In this document: piece after piece, positions 21,549 through 30,298 of the stretch
Position numbering within the stretch: position 1 is the stretch's first letter
Layout of the letters: every line of letters starts with the position of its first letter
Source of the DNA: an uncultured delta proteobacterium
GTDB taxonomy: Bacteria; Desulfobacterota; Syntrophobacteria; Syntrophobacterales; Syntrophobacteraceae
Length of the DNA stretch: 64,000 nucleotides
Direction of reading: 5' to 3'
Assembly: GCA_963808625.1 (NCBI GenBank)
Contig: CAWEHK010000018.1
Coordinates: 32,001 to 96,000, forward strand
Made by a program: the position numbers and the translations under genes
Notes under the pieces: model-generated
Databases searched by the model: none
What the model was told of the DNA's origin: nothing
What the model saw: only the letters and a program-made list of their open reading frames with translations

Positions 21549-22196
21549 ATGTATGAATTTGTTCGCGGTCCGCTTTTGTGGGTTGCCTTCATCGTCTTTA
21601 TTGTCGGTATGATTTATCGGGTCGCCGCCCTGGTCAGTCTCAGCCTGAAGAAGGACCAAGTGGTCTATGACCACTTCAGCACGAAGTGGGCACTGCGGTC
21701 CATCTTCCACTGGCTGCTGCCACTCAACCGCACGGTCGCGCAGTACCCCGTGTATGCGATCATGACTTATGCCTTCCACATCCTGCTGCTGGGTGTCCCG
21801 ATCTTCCTTCTGGCTCATAACGTTCTCTGGTATGAATCGTGGAAGATAAGCTGGTGGAGTCTGCCGGAAGATGTTGCCGACTATCTGTCTCTGCTCATGC
21901 TCGCGCTGATTCTGTTTCTCGTCATCCGAAGGATGGTTGTTCCCTATGCAAGGATCGTAACCTCTGCCGTCGATTACCTGCTGCTTGTTGCCATCGCCCT
22001 GCCCTTCCTTACCGGTTATCTGGCTTACCATCAGTGGATCAACTACCAGTGGATGGTGATCCTGCATATGCTCAGCGGCGAATTGATGTTGATCCTCATT
22101 CCCTTTACCAAGCTTTCGCATATGGTCTTTTTCTTCTTTTCCAGAGCTCACATCGGCAGTGAGTTCGGAGAACGAAGAGGGACCGTAACCTGGTAA
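21549..22196 (+). CDS. tmcC: TmcC-like/NarI-family cytochrome b membrane anchor
   Basis: Five TM segments, His ligands (FHI, AHN, LHMLSGE, KLSH), MYEFVRGPL N-terminus. Confidence 0.8.
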   Translation: MYEFVRGPLLWVAFIVFIVGMIYRVAALVSLSLKKDQVVYDHFSTKWALRSIFHWLLPLNRTVAQYPVYAIMTYAFHILLLGVPIFLLAHNVLWYESWKISWWSLPEDVADYLSLLMLALILFLVIRRMVVPYARIVTSAVDYLLLVAIALPFLTGYLAYHQWINYQWMVILHMLSGELMLILIPFTKLSHMVFFFFSRAHIGSEFGERRGTVTW

Positions 22197-22239
22197 AGCG
22201 GCATAGGATTTAGAAAAAGAGAAAAAGGAGAATCAGAAG

Positions 22240-23535
22240 ATGGGTGAACCTGTCAATACGGAAGTGATCAAAGAGCGCTTGGATGCCGCAAAGGGTGCAC
22301 GCATGAAAATGTGGCTTGAGCTGTGCGCTCACTGTGGCCTCTGCGCGGAGAGCTGCTTCTTTTATCTGGCCCATGACAAAGATCCAACGTACATGCCTTC
22401 CTACAAGGTCATCAAAACCCTTGGGGAAATGTACAAAAAGAAGGGCAAGGTGACGAGAGAATTCCTCGAGGAAACGCTCGAAATCGCATGGGGCAAGTGC
22501 TCCGTCTGCAGGAGGTGTTCCCAATACTGCCCCTTTGGGATCGACATGGCCTTGATGATCGCCACCGCGCGAGGCGTCTGCAACAGCCAGGGCGTAGTCC
22601 CGGAAGGACTCCAGAGGGCCGTCGCGAACTACCTGGCCGAAGGCAATCAGATGGCCATGACCAAGGAAGATTGGCTTGAGACCTGCACCTGGATGGAATC
22701 GGAAACAGGAGAGGAAATAGTTGGCCTCGAGATTCCCATGGATAAGGAAGGCGCCAACATCATGTACACGGTCAACGCCCGGGAGCCCATGTACTACCCC
22801 CAGGATATCGGCATGGCGGCCACCATTTTGCATATTGCCGGGGAAGACTGGACCATGAGTTCCGAAGGTTGGGACGACACCAACCTGGCCATGTTTGCAG
22901 GCGATGCCAAGGTCATGGCCCAGGTGACCAAAAACACCTACGATGCGGCCATAAGACTGAAAGCGAAACACATAGCAGTCACCGAGTGAGGGCACGCTTA
23001 CCGACACCTTCGGTACGAAGGTCCATACTGGCTTGGTTATCCCAATGGCGAACCCCCGGTCCCGGTGATCCACTCCGTTGAACTTTTTGCGAAGTACTTG
23101 CGCGAGGGTCGCATCAAGATCGATCCTGAGAAGCGGATCAAAGAAAGAGTCACTTATCAGGACCCCTGCAACCTATCCCGAAGTGGAGATCTGGCTGGAT
23201 ACGGCAGAGAGATTATCAGCTATCTCGCAGACGATTTCGTTGAAATGCAACCCAACCGCGAACACGGTCACTGCTGCGGAGGCGGCGGGGGATTCATCCC
23301 CATGGGACCTCCTTTTAAGCGCAGGAGAATGGAGTCCGGCAGAGTAAAAGCAGAACAAATTCGAGCCACCGGCGCTACGCTCGCGATTGTCCCCTGTCAC
23401 AACTGCTTTGATCAAATTCGCGATCTCAGCAAGGAATATGAACTGGGAGTTAAGGTTAAGTCCTTTAAGGAGCTCATCACCGAAACCATGATCATTCCTG
23501 AGGAATTCAAGCCGAAGGAAGAAACTGATGAGTAG
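22240..23535 (+). CDS. tmcB: TmcB-like (HdrD/DsrK family) Fe-S/CCG protein, selenoprotein with UGA at 22987-22989
   Basis: CAHCGLCAESC and CSVCRRCSQYC, TE-U-GHAYR, YQDPCN, CCGGGGG, PCHNC; ORFs 22240-22989 and 23065-23535 are in the same frame. Confidence 0.88.
22990..23022 (+). promoter_or_regulatory. Bacterial SECIS-like hairpin
   Basis: ACCTTCG-GTA-CGAAGGT stem (23006-23022), loop starts with G about 22-23 nt after UGA. Confidence 0.75.
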
Positions 23536-23593
23536 GACGCGGAAGACCGGGGGAAGAGGCGCAGTCACAGTCACCAAAAGAGGAGGCGGTAAT

Positions 23594-24001
23594 ATGGGGA
23601 GGGGATTGATCATCTTCCTGTCGGGCTTGATGCTCGCGGTGCTGGTTGTGGCGTTCCATGGCAGGGTTGCGGCCCAAGAAGATATTATTACCCTTGAACA
23701 CAAGGATGTTCTCGAGAAGCTGCAGCGGCCGCCGGTGAAATTCACCCACCAAAAGCATGCCGATCTCTATTCCAATTGCACGGAATGCCACCACACCTAC
23801 GAATATAAAGGCGGCCAGAAGGTAAACGAATGGAGCGGAGAGGGACAGCCGTGTTCGGAGTGCCACAAGGCGGAGGAAGCAGGCAAGAAGATCTCGCTGA
23901 TGAATGCGTTTCATGAAAGCTGTACGGGATGCCATCGGCAGCTTGGCAAGGAAGGCAAAAAGAGTGGTCCCATGGCCTGCGGAGAGTGCCACGTCCGTTA
24001 G
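23594..24001 (+). CDS. tmcA: Tetraheme cytochrome c3 (TmcA-like)
   Basis: Signal peptide, FTHQKH, four CxxCH motifs (CTECH, CSECH, CTGCH, CGECH); AGGAGG RBS. Confidence 0.88.
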   Translation: MGRGLIIFLSGLMLAVLVVAFHGRVAAQEDIITLEHKDVLEKLQRPPVKFTHQKHADLYSNCTECHHTYEYKGGQKVNEWSGEGQPCSECHKAEEAGKKISLMNAFHESCTGCHRQLGKEGKKSGPMACGECHVR

Positions 24002-24106
24002 CCCTTCCCGCCCCAGCACCAGAAAGCACGTGAGAGGATCGCTGCCGATGCGGGATGAGACCAACGCGGAGGAGTGGCAAACTTTTCCTGGGGTCCGATC
24101 TTCGCC

Positions 24107-24529
24107 TCAGAGCGGAATGAGCTTCGAGACCTGCTTGTTTACGCAGTGGTAGATATCTTCGTCGGTGCCGTAAATCTCCACGATACACCGGTGATTGATC
24201 AGCTTTTCAATGACATACGCCGTCACATAAAGGCTGATGAAATGCGGGCGTGGCACCAGGGTGCGGACATTGGCAATGTGATACTGGATCTCGAACTCCT
24301 CGGCGGTTAAAAGATTCTGCAGCGCAAAATTGATCTGGCCGTCCAAATCATCTTTACTGGTAGTCTCCACCAATCTTTCTTCAATCAGCTTCGTGGCGAT
24401 TTTTTCACTCAGGGTATCCATATTCTGACGCAGAAGATTCATCGCATTAAAACGTTGTGATTCCTTCTCGTGGTCCAGCCGCGAGATGACTGCCGACTCC
24501 CTGGCGTTGGGTCGATGCTCTTTAGCCAC
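24107..24529 (-). CDS. Conserved hypothetical protein
   Basis: 140-aa ORF overlapping the end of waaA; natural composition. Confidence 0.7.
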   Translation of the reverse strand: MAKEHRPNARESAVISRLDHEKESQRFNAMNLLRQNMDTLSEKIATKLIEERLVETTSKDDLDGQINFALQNLLTAEEFEIQYHIANVRTLVPRPHFISLYVTAYVIEKLINHRCIVEIYGTDEDIYHCVNKQVSKLIPL

Positions 24530-25856
24530 TTTTATTCCTTTCCTTGCCCGCTTCCATATCGAGTGATGCTCGCTCGGAAAGAGCGGTCATAATGATTTCA
24601 ACCTGTCTTGCAGAGACTCCGCCCAGTTTCGAGAGCGCTCCTTCGGCATTCTCTCCGAACCGTCGGAGTTCGGGGAGGTGCTGAATCCAGTAACTCCACT
24701 GTTCGAGGAGATCACGTGAATCCTGCACCAGAAAGCCCCCTTTAAAAACCTGGAGGATATTATGTTCATCCGACACTTTTTGCAAGTGAGGGCCGTAAAA
24801 AACAGGCTTTCCCCACGCTGCCGGCTCCAGGATGTTGTGCCCGCCAAAGGGTTCGAGCGTGCCGCCGCAGAACACAAGGTCCCCGAGGGCATAGAGATCG
24901 AAAAGGATGCCGATGCGATCTACCAGGACGACCGAGGAGGACCGTTTTTCCTTGCCCGCCTCGATCTCTGACAGCAACTGGAAGGCAATTTTCTGATCAT
25001 TCAGCCACCTGGTCATCTCGGTTATCTGTGCCATGTGTCTTGGCGCAAATATTCCAATAAGCCGGGGAGCAACATTCTGCAGGCCCTGGAAAACCTCCAG
25101 GAGCCTGATGCATTCCATGTGGCGCAGACTTCCGCCAACCAGCACCGGGGCTTCGCCGTGAAGATCCAGGATTCGCCGCCACGCAAGCACCTTTTCCGGA
25201 TCCTTTCGCAAGGAAAGCGCATCGTATTTGGAACTCCCCAGAACGCAGGTGCGCTCGGGGTCGGCTCCGAGATACACGACATTGTTCCGATCTTCCTCAG
25301 AATGCATGGCAAGCCATACAAACTGCTTGAAAATTGGTCGAAAAAGCGATCCAAAGAGGCCATACCAGCGGGCGGAGCGAGAAGAAAGTTGCCCATTCAG
25401 GAGGATCGCCGGCGTTTGGCAGCGGTCCAGCCAATGGAACAGGTTGGGCCAGAATTCGCCCTCCAGGGCCACATAAAGGTCAGGCTGCAAATTCATGAAA
25501 GCCTGTTCCAGGGCAGCCGGAAAATCGAGAGGAAAGGGCAGAATCTGAGCCCACGGCGAAAGGGTTAGGCGAGCGAAGCGAAATCCCTGGGGAGTGGTCA
25601 CGGTCAGGGTGATCCCGGCATCGGGCAAACGCTCTCGCAACGTCCGAACAATGGGGATCGCCCCGGTCACCTCACCGACCGACGCCGCATGCAGCCAGAT
25701 TCGCGGCGTCCGGTCACGCGCCGATTGGAGGCCGTAGTGCCCTAATCTCCCGTGCCAAAACAAAGGGTCCTCTTGTATTCTTGAGGAAAGAAAGCGAGGC
25801 GCCAGGGGTTCCAGAAAATTTGCCATGCCGTGATAGGATAATCTCGCCAGTTCCAA
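24522..25856 (-). CDS. waaA: 3-deoxy-D-manno-octulosonic acid (Kdo) transferase
   Basis: IWLHAASVGE, FPLD, EFWPN, APRH, GGHNILEPA. Confidence 0.92.
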   Translation of the reverse strand: MELARLSYHGMANFLEPLAPRFLSSRIQEDPLFWHGRLGHYGLQSARDRTPRIWLHAASVGEVTGAIPIVRTLRERLPDAGITLTVTTPQGFRFARLTLSPWAQILPFPLDFPAALEQAFMNLQPDLYVALEGEFWPNLFHWLDRCQTPAILLNGQLSSRSARWYGLFGSLFRPIFKQFVWLAMHSEEDRNNVVYLGADPERTCVLGSSKYDALSLRKDPEKVLAWRRILDLHGEAPVLVGGSLRHMECIRLLEVFQGLQNVAPRLIGIFAPRHMAQITEMTRWLNDQKIAFQLLSEIEAGKEKRSSSVVLVDRIGILFDLYALGDLVFCGGTLEPFGGHNILEPAAWGKPVFYGPHLQKVSDEHNILQVFKGGFLVQDSRDLLEQWSYWIQHLPELRRFGENAEGALSKLGGVSARQVEIIMTALSERASLDMEAGKERNKSG

Positions 25857-26046
25857 GAATAAGGTCTCCTCTCAATCATCATCACAGCGAACGACAGAAA
25901 TCCGCGATCAGATGGCAAAGCCGGGGAAGACACTTTCAAACAGCTTATTTCTGACCTCCGGCCATTGACTTCTGACGTCCGCAACAAAAACGTGGTAAGA
26001 TAATATTGATAAATTCAACAATAGCCAAGAGAGGATCACACCTGTC

Positions 26047-27450
26047 ATGATGGAAAAGGCAACGAGCATTGCAGAACTTTTTGCACACACTGAGGCATAC
26101 CTCGGGGAAGCCGCCCGCGTAAGGGGCTGGGTGCGTACCCGAAGGGATTCCAAGGCCGGCATCAGTTTTATCGAGCTCAATGACGGATCATGCCTGAAGA
26201 GTGTGCAAATCATCGCGGACCATAACCATCCCGAGTATCAGGAAGTTCTTGCCGACATTACTACGGGAAGCAGCCTCCAGGTGGAAGGCACGGTAACGCC
26301 TTCTCCCGGAAAGGGCCAACCAATTGAAATCCATGCAAATCGAATCATGCTTTTCGGACGGTCTGACCCGCTGACCTATCCCCTGCAAAAAAAGCGGCAT
26401 TCTCTCGAATTCCTGAGGCAGATTGCTCACCTGCGGCCCCGTTCCAACACCATCGGTGCGGTGACCCGGGTGCGCAATCGACTGAGCTACAAGGTTCACC
26501 AATTTTTCCAGGAGCGCGGATTCTGCTACATCCACACTCCAATCATTACCTCGAGTGACTGTGAAGGGGCCGGTGACGTTTTTCGCGTGACGACGCTCGG
26601 ACCGGAGAGCCTGCTTTCAGCCCAGTCCGGCAATGCTTTCGAGAGCGATTTCTTCAACAGGCCGGCCTTTCTGACCGTGAGTGGTCAGCTCCAGGCAGAA
26701 ATCTACGCCCTGGCGCTCGGCAAAGTCTACACCTTCGGTCCCACGTTTCGCTCGGAAAATTCAAACACGAGCAGGCATCTGGCGGAATTCTGGATGATCG
26801 AGCCGGAAGTGGCGTTTTGCGACCTGCAGGATAACCTGGAATTGGCAGTACAATTCGTGAAACATCTTGTGGGTGCAGTCCTTAGCGATTGCAGTGAGGA
26901 TCTGGAATTTTTCTCCCGTTTCGTCGAACCCACCTTGATGGAAACACTCCAAAAGACGGTGGAGACTCCTTTTGAAATCATTACCTACACCGAGGCCGTG
27001 AAATTTCTTAAACGCTCAGGCGAAGCCTTCACTTTCCCGGTGGACTGGGGGAACGACCTGCAGGCGGAACATGAACGCTACCTCACCGAAAAGCTGTTTC
27101 AAAGACCGGTGGCCATTATCGATTTCCCGCGGGCACTGAAGCCCTTCTACATGAGGGTCAATGCCGATGAACAGACCGTCGCGGCGATGGACATTCTCGT
27201 CCCGCGTATTGGCGAAATCATCGGGGGCTCTCAGCGTGAGGAGCGCCGCGACGTGCTGCTCGCGCAGATGCAGCTGAAGGGGATTTCCGCTGAAGACTAT
27301 CGCTGGTATGTCGAATTGAGAGAGTTCGGTTCCGCTCCCCATGCCGGTTTCGGCTGCGGTTTGGAACGGTTGGTCCAGTTCGCGACCGGTCTTCCTAATA
27401 TCCGAGAGGTGATTCCCTTTCCAAGAACTCCCGGGCATGCGGAGTTCTAG
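26047..27450 (+). CDS. asnS: Asparagine--tRNA ligase
   Basis: GWVRTRR, LNDGS, SDCEGAG, LTVSGQL, FRSENSNTSRHLAEFWMIEPE, EIIGGSQRE, PFPRTPG. Confidence 0.97.
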   Translation: MMEKATSIAELFAHTEAYLGEAARVRGWVRTRRDSKAGISFIELNDGSCLKSVQIIADHNHPEYQEVLADITTGSSLQVEGTVTPSPGKGQPIEIHANRIMLFGRSDPLTYPLQKKRHSLEFLRQIAHLRPRSNTIGAVTRVRNRLSYKVHQFFQERGFCYIHTPIITSSDCEGAGDVFRVTTLGPESLLSAQSGNAFESDFFNRPAFLTVSGQLQAEIYALALGKVYTFGPTFRSENSNTSRHLAEFWMIEPEVAFCDLQDNLELAVQFVKHLVGAVLSDCSEDLEFFSRFVEPTLMETLQKTVETPFEIITYTEAVKFLKRSGEAFTFPVDWGNDLQAEHERYLTEKLFQRPVAIIDFPRALKPFYMRVNADEQTVAAMDILVPRIGEIIGGSQREERRDVLLAQMQLKGISAEDYRWYVELREFGSAPHAGFGCGLERLVQFATGLPNIREVIPFPRTPGHAEF

Positions 27451-27580
27451 TACACACGGGCATAAGTTCGTGCATGTTTCCGGTGGGCAAAAAAACCTGC
27501 CCACCCTACGGAACCGAGAGCACTGTAGGGTGGGCACAGCTTCACCGTGCCCACCGGAACTGGTTACCGATTTCCGCCCA
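27449..27580. repeat. ~130-bp REPIN-like element (GTAGGGTGGGCA REP doublet)
   Basis: Nearly identical to 42716-42843. Confidence 0.85.
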
Positions 27581-27673
27581 AGGATACTAGCGATTAGTGG
27601 CCAGTGATCAGTGGTTGTTTGTTGGTGTCGAGTGGTTAGAGCCTGCGTGCGGTTTCGAGAAGGAAGCAAGAGC

Positions 27674-27877
27674 ATGACGCTGCCGGAGTTGGAGACGAAG
27701 TGCTGGCAATGCTGGGGGAGTGGCGTGATCCCCTGGAATGATCACGCTGAACTGATCGACTGCCCAGGGTGTGGCGGTCTCGGCTGGATTCCGACCGACG
27801 AGGGAAAACGCCTGCTCGATTTCCTGAGGCGCCATTTGGGGCTCGACTTCGAAGAAGAAGCGGAGCCTGCGGAGTGA
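27674..27877 (+). CDS. Anti-TRAP (RtpA)-like zinc-finger protein, 67 aa
   Basis: LETKCWQCWGSG...CPGCGGLGWIPTDEGKRLLDFLRRHL matches the LE-CxxC-G...CxxCxGxG-T-G-LLDF-HL layout of anti-TRAP. Confidence 0.75.
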   Translation: MTLPELETKCWQCWGSGVIPWNDHAELIDCPGCGGLGWIPTDEGKRLLDFLRRHLGLDFEEEAEPAE

Positions 27878-27923
27878 TTGGAGGAAGGACAACATAAGGG
27901 ACGATTTAACGAAAGGATTCTAG

Positions 27924-28430
27924 ATGATGTCGCTTTTCCAGCCGGAAAAAAAGGCGCTCAAAGTTGGCTTAATCGTGGGGATTGGAGCAGTCCTCCTGAT
28001 AGGTTACCTGCTTCTCAGCACCACTGCCAAGGAGCCCGCCGATTTCCGGGGCATCAAGTGGGGCAGCCCCATTGCCGACTTGCCGGACATGAAGCTGTTG
28101 GCCGAAGATGGTGATCTCAGATTTTATGAGAAGACAAACGACCGGATGAAAATCGGCGATGTCGATGTAGAGAGGATCGTCTATGGTTTTTACAAGGACC
28201 GTTTCTACAATGTGATGATCTACTACAGCTCACCCGCCAGCTATAACAGGATTCAGGAAACGCTCTCCGATACTTTTGGAAAACCGTTTCAGCCGAACGA
28301 ATCGGAAAAAAAGCTCTTCTGGAATGGTGAACATGTCAACCTCCTGCTGCACTTCGACGAGGCGACCAATGCCGGGAGAGTTACCTATCTCTATAAGCCG
28401 ATCCAGCTGGAAATAGAGGTCAGCGGGTGA
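27924..28430 (+). CDS. Membrane-anchored hypothetical protein
   Basis: N-terminal TM, FRGIKWG and YGFYKDRFY motifs. Confidence 0.75.
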   Translation: MMSLFQPEKKALKVGLIVGIGAVLLIGYLLLSTTAKEPADFRGIKWGSPIADLPDMKLLAEDGDLRFYEKTNDRMKIGDVDVERIVYGFYKDRFYNVMIYYSSPASYNRIQETLSDTFGKPFQPNESEKKLFWNGEHVNLLLHFDEATNAGRVTYLYKPIQLEIEVSG

Positions 28431-28479
28431 CAGGAAGAGAATCCAAGAGATTGCTCCAGAAAGGAACGGGAGGAGGATT

Positions 28480-29412
28480 GTGGACATGAGCAATCAACCT
28501 TCAGGCAGGAAATTAGGAGTCATGGTGAGCTGGTCGGTGAGCCTGGTTTTGTTGCTGGCGCTGGCAGCGATCTGGCTAAGATTTCATAATGCAACGATTC
28601 GGCTTGAAGACGTGATCGGCAACTTGAGCAAGAAGAATCAGGTCCTGTCCCAGATCAAAGACGATCTGCTCCGTTCGGTAGCGGCTGAGAAGAGCGCTGT
28701 GCTGAGTGAATCAGACGAGGAATCAGAGGCTTTCGCCGCCGAATCCCTTCAGGCAATCGCCGCGGTCGAAACAAACCGCAGCGAACTGGTCAAACTCATT
28801 GAGAATTCGAAGAATGACGATGAACTCAAGCTACTTCACGAGTTCAGCCAGTGCTGGGCGGAGTTTCAGAAAACCGAGAGAATGGTCCTTGACTTGGCGG
28901 TTCAAAACACCAATCTAAAGGCGGCCAGGTTATCCCAGACCAAGGCCAACGATGATGTGCAGCGTTTTGTGCATGACCTGTCCGCGTTCATCGTGACAGA
29001 CGCTTCGTCCGGGAAATGCGGGCAAATGGTAAGGCCGGTTTTTGACGCCCTCACCTCCTGCCTCCACATCCATTACCTCCACACGCCGCACATCAAGGCA
29101 GCCGGCGACGGAGAAATGGATCAAATCGAGGCTGAGATGGAAAGCAGCAACAACGTGGTTGAACAGTCCCTAACAGCACTGACCGACCTTGCCGGAGAGC
29201 AGGGCCGTATCGTTCTGCAGGACGCCGGGAAGGCCTACACCGACTTTATGAAGGTCACGAAAGAAGTGGTGCGTCTCTCCAGGCAAAACACCAACGTCAA
29301 GTCTCTGGAGCTCTCCCTGGGCAAGAAACGCGCCGTCACGGCTGAGTGCGAAGATATTTTGACCGGTCTTCAGGAAATGGTTCAGAGTAAGACCTTCAGG
29401 GCGACCAGGTAA
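28480..29412 (+). CDS. MCP four-helix-bundle sensor-domain protein (two tandem units, no signalling domain)
   Basis: One TM then two helical repeats each ending QNTN; GGAGGA RBS. Confidence 0.72.
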   Translation: MDMSNQPSGRKLGVMVSWSVSLVLLLALAAIWLRFHNATIRLEDVIGNLSKKNQVLSQIKDDLLRSVAAEKSAVLSESDEESEAFAAESLQAIAAVETNRSELVKLIENSKNDDELKLLHEFSQCWAEFQKTERMVLDLAVQNTNLKAARLSQTKANDDVQRFVHDLSAFIVTDASSGKCGQMVRPVFDALTSCLHIHYLHTPHIKAAGDGEMDQIEAEMESSNNVVEQSLTALTDLAGEQGRIVLQDAGKAYTDFMKVTKEVVRLSRQNTNVKSLELSLGKKRAVTAECEDILTGLQEMVQSKTFRATR

Positions 29413-29427
29413 AGGAGTGGCCACTAC

Positions 29428-29667
29428 TCAGTGCAGGATTTCCTCTTCGGCCAGGGCCGCCATTTCTCGAAGCATTCGCAGCGACTCCCGGGCTTCCTCC
29501 GGGTCTATCTTGTGCAGGGCGAAGCCCGCGTGCACAATCACATAATCACCAAGCTCCGCCGCTTCGGGCAAAAGCAACAGGGAGGCCTTCCTGAGAGCAT
29601 CCCCCACCTTAATCGTCGCCATTTCATCTTCAATGTGAACGATTTCTGCCGGGATGGCCAAGCACAT
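29428..29667 (-). CDS. hypC: Hydrogenase maturation chaperone HypC
   Basis: MCLAIPA, GDYVIVHAGFAL. Confidence 0.95.
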   Translation of the reverse strand: MCLAIPAEIVHIEDEMATIKVGDALRKASLLLLPEAAELGDYVIVHAGFALHKIDPEEARESLRMLREMAALAEEEILH

Positions 29668-30193
29668 TTATGTAATCCTTTCTGAGGGTTGTTCCTGCAA
29701 CGCTCCATTCCTGGGCGTGAACGTTCCCCCCGCCGCCGCAATCTCTTCGAGCACCTTCGAGCAAATATCAGGCAGCCGGGCCTGGACAATTTCGGTCAAT
29801 TCCATACCCCAGGGCGACATATCTTCCGGCTCGATACCAACCACCACAGCGCTGGGGCGCTTTTCAAGCATTTCCGCATACGCAAGAGTTTCCACGAGAT
29901 CCAGCTGATGAAGAGAGTGCTTGTACCTCACCCGTGCTTTGAAAATCTTCTGCCGTGAAGCGGTAGAGGGTTCCGGGAGGATGGCCATATTTCACGGCAT
30001 CCACCACAATGAGATGGTCTGCTCCGCAGATCGGATCCAGCAGGCTCAAACCCAAAGTGCCGCCATCCATCAGTTCCACGTTATGAGAAAAGTCATATTC
30101 CGATTGGAGCTTGACCACGGCCTTCACGCCAACTCCCTCATCCCGCAGGAGAATGTTGCCCACTCCCAGAACCAGTATCCGTTTGTTTTCCAT
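29668..30193 (-). CDS. Hydrogenase maturation protease (HyaD/HybD family; frameshift near 29950)
   Basis: LGVGNILLRDEGVG, DGGTLG, VVDAV, SLHQ, VGIEP. Confidence 0.9.
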
Positions 30194-30220
30194 GGCGAGC
30201 GCCTTCATCGTCCGAGTATT

Positions 30221-30270
30221 AAAACAAAAAAACAGGAACCCGGCTCAGCAGCGACAGAGCCAGGTTCCTG
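30221..30270 (-). terminator. Intrinsic terminator after hydrogenase large subunit
   Basis: CAGGAACC-GGCTC stem with complementary arm, followed by a U-tract on the minus strand. Confidence 0.7.
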
Positions 30271-30298
30271 CTTTAAATGATAGCCACAATAGGTGGGC

